Shown in pieces: positions 38,710 to 51,625 of a DNA stretch of 64,000 nucleotides. The position numbers and the translations under genes are program-made. Under the pieces are notes generated by a model. That model made no database searches, was not told where the DNA came from, and saw nothing but the letters and a program-made list of their open reading frames with translations. The stretch's first letter is position 1; every line of letters begins with the position of its first letter. The stretch comes from Camelus ferus (lineage: Eukaryota), in contig NC_045707.1 of NCBI RefSeq assembly GCF_009834535.1, positions 47,122,001 to 47,186,000 of the forward strand. Reading direction: 5' to 3'.

Positions 38710-41700
38710 GGCTATGATAAATAACCAAATGATGTTTATGAAGGTAACAGAAGTTCTGACCAAGCTGAACAAAACTGCAAAATCTCCTTGGTATACTGCT
38801 TTCAAGTAAATGCAAACAGTTCTCACCAGATAAATATTACCAACTGAGAGCAAGGCTTGATCCCCAGTGTGGGTTCTTGTTTGTCGACACTGTGCCAGCT
38901 GTCTGCCCAGCTTCCTCAGTGCTGCCAGAGGAACTGCTGGCCCACAGGCCATTCACAGCCAGCCCGGGATTCATGTCCTACTCAAGTAAGCTGCCAGAAT
39001 TCAACCTTCCCTAACTGGAAAGTTCCAGGCTGACGTAGTAGTTTAGCAAGTTCCATCTTTCCCCCAAACCTCTAAAACAGAGTTGGAAGATAAGGGAACA
39101 CCTGTTCAGACATGTAACCTCCTTAATGTGAAAAAAAAGCAGCATGTCTTTGCCTATGGATGCATCACCACTAAAGAGCAGCGATCAACCAAGGCTCAAG
39201 CGGTCTGAGCATCGTTTCTTTCACTCTTGCTCTGGACAGAACTCTACTGCTCCCACCAGCATCACTCCTCCAAGTGAAAAGTGAGCAGAACAGTGGCAAA
39301 CACAGAGAAAGCACTGTAAATTAACACAATGGTTAACAAAGCTTTAGCTAAAGTACTAATGGTGACACTGAGGCACCAGCAAGTCCAAATATAGCAATTT
39401 TGGTAAAGTGAAATGTAAGACAGCCTTAAATTTAAGCTTTCTTAAGTATTAGCAAATAGGGCTTACATATCAAAATTAGAAACTGAAGAGCTAGAATAAA
39501 CAAATCTAGCAAGAACTGGGAAACACAGGTTTCAACTTGAAGGTGTTTGTAACTCTACTGATCATAACCAATATGTATTTCACTCCTTGATGCTCAGGAT
39601 GATGGGCACCAGTGCCCTCTGTAAAAAGAAGTAACTATCCTCGCAACATTGTTGAGGGTTAGTGAGTATTAAAAACCTTAGATTCTGGCCTAAGCACTCA
39701 CTGTTGGCCATTACTCGTTCTTTGGCTTTCTCACTAATTGAGTTGAATTCGTTTATCAAAATTAGCTTTTCCCCCAAATTCTGCCAGTTTGTTTTTTATA
39801 ATTACTGAAATTACTGAGAATTAATGATGAAATGAGGACAGAAAGGAATTATCAAAAAGGCTCTGCAAAGATTCATTAAAGGTGGGTTGTTTAAAACTGC
39901 TATCAGATTAAGTACTTTTGTGACTACTAAAAAAGACTGGAAGAAGGAAATAAAAGTTAAAATTCTACTTTATATAAAGTGAACTGCAAGTCAGATTTTA
40001 CCTTTGTATTTTATTCAAAAAGGAGGCTTGCTGGGGTCTATGGTATTCAAAAGCTTTGACCCTATGTCTAGACTGGCAAATGAAAGTAAGTTTTAAGTTA
40101 AAGCAAAAATGTTTAAGGTACAAAAACATTGTATCTTGCATCAAGGGAAAAGTAAATGGTCCTGACTGCAGAGTTGGAGGCCTCTTTTCCTGGTCACTAG
40201 CTGTGGGTTAGAGATAACCTGCTTTCTATCATCTGGATAAAATTCTTACTACACAATTACATGCCTTTTAAGTAACCTCCTTGAGTATCTTCATAATGGG
40301 ACAGGATGGGGTATACGGGGCTAGCAACAGGAAAAGTACATCCTCATTTAATAAACAGGGAGTCTCAACAATCATCGATGTTTATAATGTTTGAGTCCTG
40401 AAAAAATGAAATTCAGTGTCATGTATCTAGGTCAATGACTTTATGTTCTTATTTGACTAAGACAATCGTTAACAACTAAATTACGTAAGATTAATCATGT
40501 TGAAAAACCATTGGTAGAGTCTGTGTCTGTTTCTGAACATTTAAGCTTCCGATTTAAAAACAAATCTTTATCTACAGGATATCATTATCATATGACTAAG
40601 CTTCTCTTCCAAATAATTTAACCAAAACCAAGAACTTATCATGCAAGAGTCCCTTGACATTCCAAAATGATTAAATTTGATGAAACCATTAACTTCAAAT
40701 GTATCTCGCAAAAAAATTTAAACGAATAATAAATACCTAAGGTATAGAAATGATCAGCATCTAAACTACTAGCTTAAAAGATATAAGCCTTTGGTGATGG
40801 TACAGATTTGAAAACCAGTATGTTATTAAGTACTTGCTTACTCATCTTGAGTACTTTATTCAGAGTTCAAATGAGGTCAAGGCTACATAGGGGTGGGGTG
40901 TCGGGGGGGGGCATGGAGGCAGTTGTGATTAAGAAAGAGCAAAAACCGAGGGATATACTCCATAGACAAGAGTAAACAGAATTATGACAGAGGTCTGCCA
41001 GGGTAGAAGAAATGAATCTAAACAGCATAAGCAGAGACAAGGACAATTAAAACCCTTCCTACACACTGGAAGACTCTAACCTATAGAACCACATCACATA
41101 GTATTATATTATTCAATATCGACCTCCACACAAAGCCATCTAAACATTCTATAACACCTCCAATGTACTAGATCTACAATACAGCTTCAGCATGCTAACT
41201 CATGCTCTTAAGTAAGAATGGTATTACTGAAGTAACAAAGACAGGTTATAAAAGCTTATTCAGCAAGAGGATACATAGAACAGCTGACAGAGACATACAC
41301 GGTCATTCATAGGTTTTAAATTCCTTTTTAACTACCTTTCTAGGGATGTTAGATTTGGGGCACCCAACAAAATGACAGTCTGTTACCACATTAGTGACAA
41401 GATAACAAAGATGTAAGTAGACATTCAACCTTCCAGATAAGCCAGAGCTGAGACCAAAGGAAAGATTTATAAAAAGGAGGCTAGCCAACCCACCAAATTG
41501 CAGTTAGACTTGAATAACACTCAAACCCCAAAGCCAATGGTGTCAGAGTGGTGACAAGTGAAGACACTTCTCCGATTCAACCTGATCACCTTATAATAGC
41601 AGCATTCCTCCCACTACACTATCAGGCCTTACCCCTCTTTTCATGTATTGGACAATCATCAGAATAAAATACCATTAAACTGGCATTATTAAGTCACTTC

Positions 41701-43844
41701 TCACACTTGTCTTTTTCTTAGATACCTAATGTTTTCAGCATTTGGAATAGAAGTATTTCTTACTTAAAGTAGTAATAGTGTAGTGATAGTGGTCAACTTG
41801 GAACCATGAAGGTTTGTCTGTGAATTGAAATAATCTGTAGCATAGATTCTATACCCTGTTATCTCCCAACAAGTCCTCCTCATTGGGGATGTGGAAGAGT
41901 GTGTAGACTAAAAATGCTGTTCAAGGTCTATGTAATACAGTTACACCCTCAGAGGCTGGAGGTACATGGGATTGTTAGGTCCTTAAACCAAGGGGCCCCA
42001 AGTTGCCCTCTGTGTTTCAGTTTTTACGTTTACAACTGCTCTTGGCCACGGCCCACCTCTGGGAACTAGTCACTACAAACTACCAATTCTTTCCCCCCAA
42101 AATACAAAGCTATCCAGAGAACCCCTCAAGTGATCCCTAAATTTAAGAATGAAGAGCTTTATTTCGTGGATTGTAGCTTTTTAGAAGCTGTTTTGGGGTT
42201 GTTGTTCTTTCTTCCTATATCATCATGAACAAGGAGGGCATGAATGGCTGAAACTACCTCTACCATAGGCATTTGGCCAAAATTAGGCCAGCAGCACATT
42301 AGAAACACCCACTACACACACAGACATTTTAAAAGATATTAAGTTACAATAATAGTTAACAATAGTTATAACAATATCCACCAACCACTGCCAACTGATA
42401 TTCTTAAGCAAATTAATACTACTTTTTGGACCATAGAGACAGAGTGCTATAAGATCAGAAATACCAGCGCATTCTGTGAAAATGTGTTTAACCCAAATTA
42501 GATTATGTGGATTGGTAGACAGAGGTATGTCAATAATACTAAGTTGGGTTGATCATGACTTTTTCTCTCTGAGCATGTCAACGTTTTGGGGTGATGCAGT
42601 AAGCTTTTACACAATTAGAGAAAGCCTTGGTGATATACCAAAACAGTAAGAAAAAAATAGGTGCCAACTGTACAGAAGTGCCTTCCCCTGAAGGAAGTGG
42701 CTGGTTGAGTAGCCTAAGTAGCCCTTCTCCAGGTCTGGGAGAGCTGCAGGCACAGATGAAGAGGACTGGTGACATTTCCCTGTGTTTAGAAAAAGCCATC
42801 TTTGGATAGTTGCTTTAATTTTAATGAAAGTGATTTCCATTTGAAGTATCTTCAAGAACTTAAATCTCTGAGGAAGTTAAGAGCCCCAGAATATATGTCT
42901 GAAAAAGGTGGAATGCCTGTTGATTTTAAGCATTCAAATGCTAGTAGAGGTTAAGCACTAATATTTCTTATTGGGATTGTTTTTGTTTATTAGAGCTCTG
43001 GTCTTAGAGTTTCATAGGTCATGAGACTCTACTTTGCCCAGCAAGTCTTAATTTTAATGCATGATTTTGAAGAACCCAGACATTTCGGGAACATACATTT
43101 GATATTCTATTATCTGTAGAAGCAGCCCCTGGCTCAAGGAGCTTAAAGGCTAATTAGAGCAAAAAGTTCAAATGGAAGTTCTTAAGATTGTTTTGTCAAT
43201 GTTTCTGCCTTGCAACTGTGCCTGGATTCCACCAGGATCAAGTCATTTCTATTTCTCTCTTTAGCAGACATTCTGTCAGATCATTCTCAAATGTGAATAC
43301 ACTGAAAATCGAAATGTTCCTTGTTCAAAAGTAAGAGTTCCTTTCTTGCCTAGCAACTGGTTAGCCTTACATTTAAGGTGCTCTATGTTTTTCAGACATT
43401 ATTTATTCTATGTCATCCTAAGCTGCAGCCCAACTAGACCAGTCCCAAGTCTGTTTGTGATACCTGGTTCTTCCTTTCCCACTCACTGAAATCCATCTCC
43501 AAATGACTCATGTTGGATCTTAACCCTGCAATACCTGATGGCACTTTCACCTTACTTTATTTCCCTTGAGATCAGTCAGTTTGTCTAACCTCCCACTACA
43601 GAATATGCTCCTTAGGAGCTGACACCTTTTATCTTTGCGCATCCCTGTTCCAACTATCATATATGCAAGTATGTTCAATGGAATTCATTTCGGGTTACCT
43701 TTTCTGAATGTACTGTCCTCTTTCACTGCACAAGCACAGTATCCCAGCTACTCTATGGGACACTTCTTTGTTGCCTTGTCTGGAAGCCCAACTGTCAAAA
43801 CTAAGGGTGGTTCCCTACAAAAATAACTAGCTGGAGAGAGGATC

Positions 43845-44005
43845 AAATGGACATGAGATTTAGAAATAAAGGACCTGGGGCTCAAAATGACCTGCCAGCT
43901 TCTGTGACCTTGGGACAAGTTACTTCTGCTGTCTATACAAGTGCTAATGCTTATTATTTACCTCACATGGCAGAAAAAGATAAAATGGGAAAATACGTAA
44001 AACCA
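43845..44005 (+). mobile_element. MIR SINE
   Basis: ctgtgaccttgggacaagttactt...acctcac. Confidence 0.5.
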
Positions 44006-46299
44006 TGCCCCAAGGAACAGAGAGCCAGATCAGAGTACTGCATAGCTTTTGAGGGTCAAACAGCAGTTACTGTTTTATTTCAACTTACAGTCAATAATAA
44101 ACATTTCACCCTAAAGTGAAGCATACATTTAAATCTCCCAAACCAGGATCTAAGTGTTCTTAACCCATTACGGGGAAACACTTCTCACCTTTTAGCTAAA
44201 GAAGCATGGGTTCAGGATAGTTTGGAGCCTATCCCTGTAAGGCTAGCAAAGAAATTTCAACAGAGTGGGAATAAATTAATAACAAAGCAGCAAGATGTCC
44301 AGGGAAGCTAACTAACAAGATTCGTTCTGTAATTATAATACAATAGCAAGCATCCCGACTACACACAGTAACAGAAATTAAGATCCTGCAGATCTAACCA
44401 GTTTTAAAGTTGGCTATGCATTATTTAGAGAATTACAGAGCCTTCCTTCAGAGCACATTCTCTAACAAACTAATTAACTTGGTTTCTCAACCTCCAGGTC
44501 ATGAGATTTACAATTTTTTACATAACAAATTAATTGAATAAATTCTCCAAATCTTGCTCCTTACTTCATTTTATAATGGCACTGGTCTCTTAACTAGAGT
44601 CTAGGAATTTAGCATTTATTACAGGAGAAACAATTTCAAAGCATAAAAACAACTCATTTATTTGCTAAGGTAACTTCTGAAGCCCTCCTCAGACTTTGCT
44701 TTACCATTCACACAATACAGATCATTTCAATTTCTTCCCATTTCACATATTTTCCCCTGGGAACTTTTTCAAAGCCTGAATTCCAAGTTCACGCTACGTC
44801 AACACTTCAAAGTCACCACTTCCAGAAAATCTCTCAAGCTCAGCCTCACAAAATCTCACTCATTCAGCAAATAGCATGCACCCAATCGCTGTGGGCTGAG
44901 CCCAGCATCAGGAGCAGCGACTGGATGCTGAATTCTGCCTCTACTACTTCCTAATTATGTCTCTGCAGCTGTTTCCTCACCTATAAACTTGCACTAAAAT
45001 GATTAAATATAACAAAGGTCTTCAGGCAGTGCCCTGCACCTAGGAAGCACTCAACTAAGAAAATAATTACGCAATAGTGAGCCAATCATATTTGATCCTT
45101 GACCTATCTTGATCACTTTGGGCTACTGTATTCTTTTATATTCAAAGTTTGCCTGTAATTCAGCCCTTCCCTCAAGGACCTTCTAGTCTTTTTAACCAAA
45201 TGCACTTAATGCTTGTTAACTTTGTAAATGCTAAAAATCTTTCCTGTTCTATTTTCTGGCTGTCCTAAGGATGCCCAGCTCAAAGACACCAACTTCTCCT
45301 GAAAACTCCTTCGGAATTTAAGTTTAACTGTTTAAAGGCCCTCAACTGAGCACCAGATCAGCACTATAGGGCTTAGTTTCTTTTCAAAACACAAAGGCAA
45401 AACAAGAGTTTGAGGAGCGCTACTTTGAAGCACTTTGATTTTTGTTAGCATAGTAGGAACAATTAAGCCACTGAGAGTACAGTATGTCACCGTCATCCTA
45501 ACTACAGGGACTATCAATAAAGAAGCCATTAAATTCCCATCTCCAGCTTTAGCCTGGTATTGTACTGGACACATTTAGCTATGGAAGCAGAACTCAGAAT
45601 TTTAATGTTTTCCCTGCCTAATCATTTTAGAACTGGCAATGCTAAGAGGCTTTCGTTGACTACCAATTGCCTGTTATTGCCCTAAGCAAATTTAGGACAG
45701 CGAACCAATTTAATTTAAATAAATGTAACTGAAATAAGTATAAAAACTGCTCTCCAGGAAAACCTCAAGGGCCTCACTCTCAACCCAGTGCTGATGGATG
45801 AATTATAGAAGACTGCTTCCTCTTAGAACAAGAAAGACTGCTCCTCTTCAGATGTCAAGCAAAACACAGCAAAGAAGCTTTAATAAAAATGCAGGGAGCT
45901 AGAGATTACTGTCTGAAAATGGCAACTTTGCCCACCTCTAGTCCATCTTCTCCCTTCTGGCGTGGTTCCACATTCTTCACTAACCATCTATCTGCAGTCA
46001 GAAAACTTTAAAAGAGGAGGCTTTGTTAAAAAAAAAATTATAACTATGCCAAGTGCTTGTGAGTTAAAGGATCCACTTAGAAGGAGAATTAACAGAACGA
46101 GACCGAATGGTTTTATAAAGCACGGGGACTGTTTGGCTATTCCACAAACATGCCTAGATTTAATCCGAAACCGCAAACTGCTGTAACATGGGAGGAAAAT
46201 GTAACAGAGGCAGAAAGGCCTGGGCTCACGCCATTTCTACACTCTGTTAGCACTCAACGTTTATCTCGTTTTACGCTCAGTTCGCAGGTTAAGATAGTG

Positions 46300-47600
46300 A
46301 CTCCCGTTAGGCGCGACCTAGACGGCCTGGGACCTTCCCAGGGGCCAGGGGGCGTCTTAGCCTCCCATTCTAACCACGAGCCGGTGGGAGAGCGTAGGGC
46401 TGGGCGAGCCCCTTTGTTTCCACAATCTACGCAGAGGAAGGAAGGAGGGAGGGCGGGAGGGAAGGAGGGAGGAGGCTAAACTCTCCCAGCCCTGGGGCCA
46501 GACTGAGGGTCGGGCGGGGAAGAGGATGGAGAAAGGGAAAGGCAAGGGCAAGGACCCTCCCACTCCGACCAGCCCGGACACCCACCCTGCCGCCCCAGCC
46601 TAGGGCACAGTGTAGGCCGGCCGCCCTCACCTCGTCCTCCTGCTCGCTCCGGAAGCACAGGGACGCCGCCCGCTTCTTGAAGCCCTCGCGGTCCTAGGTC
46701 CGCGTCTGGTTGGGCTTGAACTTCATCATAGAGGCGGGCTCTTGCTGCCGCTGCTGCTCCGGCCGCCGCTGAGGGGGCCCGGCCGCCGCCACCCCACCGG
46801 GGAGTCGGGGCGAGAGCAAGTCGGGGCGCAGGGAGGCGAGGCGGCGGCGCGGGGAAGGGGCAGCGAGGCCGGTCAGTCCCGGAGCCGGCGGCCGCTCAGA
46901 CGCGGGGCAGTGCGCGAGCGTCGGTCACTGGAGCCCGGGTGCCGGAGAGGAAGCGCTGCCTCTGCCCGGGCGTCTGCCGCTCTCCATGGAGCCCGCCGAC
47001 CGCTCGCCTCGGCTCCCTCCTGCTGCTGCTGCCGCCCCCGCCGCCGCTGCTGCCGCCGAGGGTACAGCGAGGCTTCAAGCTCGAGGATCGCGCCACGAGA
47101 AGACAGTTGGAGGAACTCCCGCCGACTGGGCAACAGCGCCGCGGCAGGTTTGCGCCGCCCACTCCGCCGTATTTAAGGGGGCCGCGCACGCCCCACCCCC
47201 CCCGCGCGCCCCGCCCCGCGCGCGCCTCTGCGCCTGCGTGAGGGGAACCGTTGCGGCGGGGGAGTGGTGGCGGGGACGGAGATTCGGCCTGCGGGCGGCT
47301 GGAGTTCCGCGGGGCCTGAGAGCTCGTGCTCGAGTAGAGCGCGGGAGGACTGGGCTCCACAAAAATACCAGTGACTGGAAAGAAGCAAAGACCTCTCCCT
47401 CCCTGGTTGTAAATCCTGTGATTTTCCTTGTGAGGACCTTAAATAGCACCTCCTCGAGTGGGGCTCTAACTACACGCCTCCTCAGCAAAGTCGCACCCTG
47501 GTCAGGAAATGCCAGGAGGCTTCGCGGCGATTGCAGTCTCCGCAGTGACTTGTAGACGTCCAGAGTGCGCCCGTGAAGTGCGGGGAGAGAAGAGAGTGAA
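46300..47600. promoter_or_regulatory. NUDT4: CpG island / NUDT4 promoter and 5' UTR
   Basis: Very high GC and CpG density versus the CpG-depleted background; GC boxes ~47209-47218; TATA-like TTAAATA on the - strand ~47170-47177. Confidence 0.9.
46631..46729 (-). CDS. NUDT4: NUDT4 (DIPP2) coding exon 1, interrupted by in-frame TAG at codon 12
   Basis: ATG ATG AAG TTC AAG CCC AAC CAG ACG CGG ACC TAG GAC CGC... = MMKFKPNQTRT*DREGFKKRAASLCFRSEQEDE; donor GAG|gtgagg. Confidence 0.95.
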
Positions 47601-47814
47601 GGTGAAGACATTGGTTAAGAGGTTTTATTGGTTTTGTTTGGTTTCCAGGGGAAGGGAGATAGAAAATTTCCTTTTTATTTTTAAATCTTTGGTTGTTGGG
47701 GGTGGGGGGGAGGTTGCGGTGCGTCGCTTGGATTCTTTCAAGAGTCGACTCAAGCATAAACGTTTGTTTGAAGCCATGGGTAACATCTCCCACTTTGTCC
47801 CACCCTCCAGAAGG

Positions 47815-48500
47815 CATTCATTAACACTGGCAATGGCTAATATCTCCGAAGTGTGGCTCATGCTAAGTAACAGGCACCGCTAGATGCTGGGGCCACAGCA
47901 GTGAATAGAATGGAATGTCTGCTATATAGGGGCTTACAGTCTCTCGGGGACAAATTTTACTTTTTCATACAAGCGCTAAGATAGGAGCCCAGAAGCTTAT
48001 CTTGGTTTAAGGAAGGTGTTAAGGAAGCTCTGGTGAGCGCCCTCCCCCACCGTCCCCCGCCCCTGCCCTCCTGTCCCCTACACAGAGCCCTGGCTGCTTA
48101 GGTCCAGGCACCTCTGACCGTTCATTCTTCATTCCTGGAGGACCTACTGTGTGCCAGGCACTGGCATCTAAAACCAGCCCCAGCCCTGCCAGGAACTTAG
48201 GCACCTGAGAACAGGCAGTCAAATATTACACAATCACACAAGTACAGGTAAACTATTAATGTGACAAGACCTCAGGTGGTAGAGGGTTTTATGGGGAAAT
48301 TTGACTAGATCTGCAGGTCAGAAAAAGCAACAGGGCATGAGCTGAGGGCTAAATAAACCAAAAGCCTGGTGAGCTTTTGAGGCTGAGGGACTTACGTAAA
48401 GTCTAGAGCAGGAGGGATTGTAGAAATGAAAGGAAAGGGCCACTGTGGATGCAGATGTGGTGCGGGAGGTGGGTTCCACCTGCGGCACAGGAGGCTGTGA
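47815..48500 (-). mobile_element. LINE-2 fragments
   Basis: ttcattc...cctactgtgtgccaggcactg and gatgctggggccacagcagtgaatag motifs. Confidence 0.5.
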
Positions 48501-51414
48501 GGGCTGACGGTTCAGAGCCTGGGGGCCCTTGGAGAGCCAAAGCAGGGCATTGGTCTTCTTTTTCTACACTCTGACCTCCTTTAGGTTAAGGACTGCTACA
48601 TCTACCTCATCTTCTTATCCCCAGAGTTTAGCAGTTAAAAGGTTATACAATGACTTAATGTTGAATAAGTGATTTAAAAAATGAGGTTTTATCACGGCAC
48701 AATTGGAAATCTTATCAAGTCTCTGCAGAGACATTTCTAAGCTTTCTTAGAGGAGCCATTTGAGGTTTATTTCCAGATTTACACACAAGAACAGAGCACA
48801 TCCTATTAGGGACTCCAGTACAAATAATGTGCAAATATTATTTCTAGATAATTGCTTCAAATTGATAAAAGTGATTAATCTCACTGTAGTCTTTTTAAGT
48901 GACAAGGAAGATTAAGTTTCCCTCTGCTTAAAATTCTTCAAAGTTCTGGTTTCTAGTCAGCATTAAAGAAATACTGGTTGATTGGATGTTGGTTCACTCG
49001 AGGCTTTCCCATTTAGTAATTATATGAGGTGAGGCACGAATCAGAACTGTGAAGGAAAGAGGAAGATGCCTGGAACCAACTCACCAAAGGAAGGAAAGGC
49101 AATAGCACAAAACCAGTGGGCATGAGAGTGGGACCACTTGCTTCTGGTTCCAGACCATAGGATTTGGCTGAAAAGATCTTGAGTTCAGGTCTCACATGTA
49201 CCAAATTACTATATATAGCTTTTCTCACCTCTCAAATGGACATAATATAATTTTACCATCTTGTACAAAGCTTAACAAAACAGCTTAGGATACTACAGTG
49301 GATGTGAAAGTCCTTTAAAATGAAAGCATTTAAAGAAACATAAGATTAATTTATTGGTAAGGAAATTTTAGTTGGAGATCTCTCTTTTCCCTTACCTCAA
49401 GGAGAAGTAATGTAGAGGGCCAGGTGCTTGAGGAAGATTGTGGATTTTCACATTGTGAGGGAGGGATCTTCATTTGAAAGGAATTCTGCAATAAGTCATT
49501 TAAACCGGAGAATGCTTTGATCTCCCCCTTTTTGTTAATTAATTAACTTATTAGATTTTTTCAGTTATTTGAGAGAGCCCTAACAGAAAGGGGAACTCTG
49601 ACTAAAATGAGAGAGTAGAGAAAGGCCGAATTACAAATGCTAGGTGTTCATTTTCCTGTGTCAGTTCCTCAGTGTTGGGTGCACACCCCAGCCCAAAGCT
49701 CCCTGCTTAGTATTGTCTCACATGTATTATGCATCTGAAATGTGCTTAGGCACTGTTCAAAGCTTAGATCATATCCAGTCAGATCACAGTTGAGATAGAT
49801 GCAAGCTTGTTTTTCCTCTACAGGGCTGGTAAAGACTGGGCTACACTGGTTGGTTCCCTTGGGGATCAAAGTCCAAGTTCAGGTTAATCACTGTTTAGTT
49901 CACTTACGTCAGTGTTGTCTTACCTTGAATTTACACGCAAAGCCATTTCTTATACTATTTTCAAATATTTGGAACCTCAGAGAGGGAAACAGTTTAACAT
50001 TTCCTGTGTAGGATACTTCTTTTACTTGGGTTCTTTTAATGGTGTCCTAGGGTGTCTTGGAGGCAGTGTGATAGGGGTGCCTGCCTGTGTGTGAGTGGGG
50101 AGCTTGCCACCTTCTTTTGTGACTTACTCACAACGTTACCGTGAAGTAAGCTTCTCTCATGGTAAAACTGATCATGACAAATGATCCCTTCCTGTGTCTT
50201 ATGATAATAACAGTCTTTACTGAGTGTTAGCCAGTGCTGGGTTCTTCTCATGATCTCATGTGAATGATCCCAGTAGTAGCCCTGTGAGGCAGCTACTATT
50301 AATTGTTTCCATTTTACAGGCAAAGTAACAGGGGGCAGTGTTCTTTTTTTGCAGTGCATGTTCTTAGCCCCTGTGCTGTATTACTGTGAGCTTGTCTCGC
50401 TTCTTCTATTACATGGTAATTATTTCCTGTGTGTTGTATTCTAACACTGCAGTTTCTTTCCATTTTAAAATGAAAAGGAGCTTTGTTTAAGATAGAATCT
50501 GAAGACATTCTTACAATGAGACATGAAGTGGAAGTTTTGATTAATTTCAAATCACTCAAAGTGATTATTATTTTTTTTCCTTTTACCAAAGGCACAGACT
50601 AGAATGGAGTGAGCAAAGTTTGGAAATTCAAAAGCCTAAAGTTAGATTTGAGCTTTAGGATGAAAAATCCTAAGAGGTGTACATCAATCCAACCAGCATT
50701 TGCAAAACTTTAAAAGCAGATGGTTTGGCCATTTATAGTCTTCTTTTTTATTGAAATAAATGGTTTTCAGATTTACAACCCATTTTCTATTTTTTCAATT
50801 CCTGTTTACTGCAGAGCACTTTGTTTCACAGGCATCATATTTATATGCAGTTCTCTGTGGCTAATAAAATTGTTTACTGGGAAGCACACTTCCTCCTTTC
50901 CTTCTTTATCGTTCAGAGAAAGGTATATGCCTAGTGCTTATCTCCTTGGCAAAGGCAATGACTTAACATTTTCACTGACTCCTCCAGGACAGCATTTTGA
51001 ACTTCTGTTTCATTCAGAGAGGGTTGTTTTTGCTATATAACAATTATGCATTTTTGTTTGAGGATAAAGGCTAAAAAAAGAATGCCCATAGAAGAACACA
51101 TATCAATTAATTGCAATGTATGGATTTTTTTTTTAACACCTTCATTATGGTATGATTCCTGTACAGTAAACTACACATATTTCAGACGTATATGGACCTT
51201 GTTTTGATCTAGAGTCAAACAAACAACAACAGAAGACATTTAGAAGATAATGTGAACACTGAATATTTTATGTTATTATGCAACTATTGTTACTTTTGGG
51301 GGCTGTGATCATGTTTAAAAAGGGGAGTTTACCTCTTCCACCAGCAGTGACAGCAGAACTAACAAAGCAGAGAACATCATGGAAGAAAGGAAACAACAGC
51401 AATATGGAAACAAT

Positions 51415-51625
51415 AATAATGATAGCATCTACTGAGTGCTTCCTAGGTGACTGTCTGTGTTCTACCTACTTTACACGTACTCGTTTATTCTTCGTCATCA
51501 TACCCATTTTACAGATGAGAAGACTGAAGCACAGATGAGTTAAGTAACTTACCCAGTTCACAAAACTAGAAAGTGGCAATTGAGATAAGAGTTGAACTCA
51601 GGATTCCAGAACTATAATTATCATC
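51415..51625 (-). mobile_element. MIR SINE
   Basis: Core cccattttacagatgagaagactgaagcacaga...gttaagtaacttacccag. Confidence 0.8.

Noticed and set aside
46694..46696. Programmed recoding (pyrrolysine, selenocysteine or readthrough) of the NUDT4 TAG
   Set aside because: Mammals lack pyrrolysine, Sec uses TGA, and the context lacks the UGA-CUAG type readthrough motif.
46150..47883. Cluster of long overlapping ORFs (up to 189 aa) on both strands
   Set aside because: Low-complexity Arg/Gly/Pro/Ala translations expected from stop-poor CpG-island DNA; no recognisable domain.
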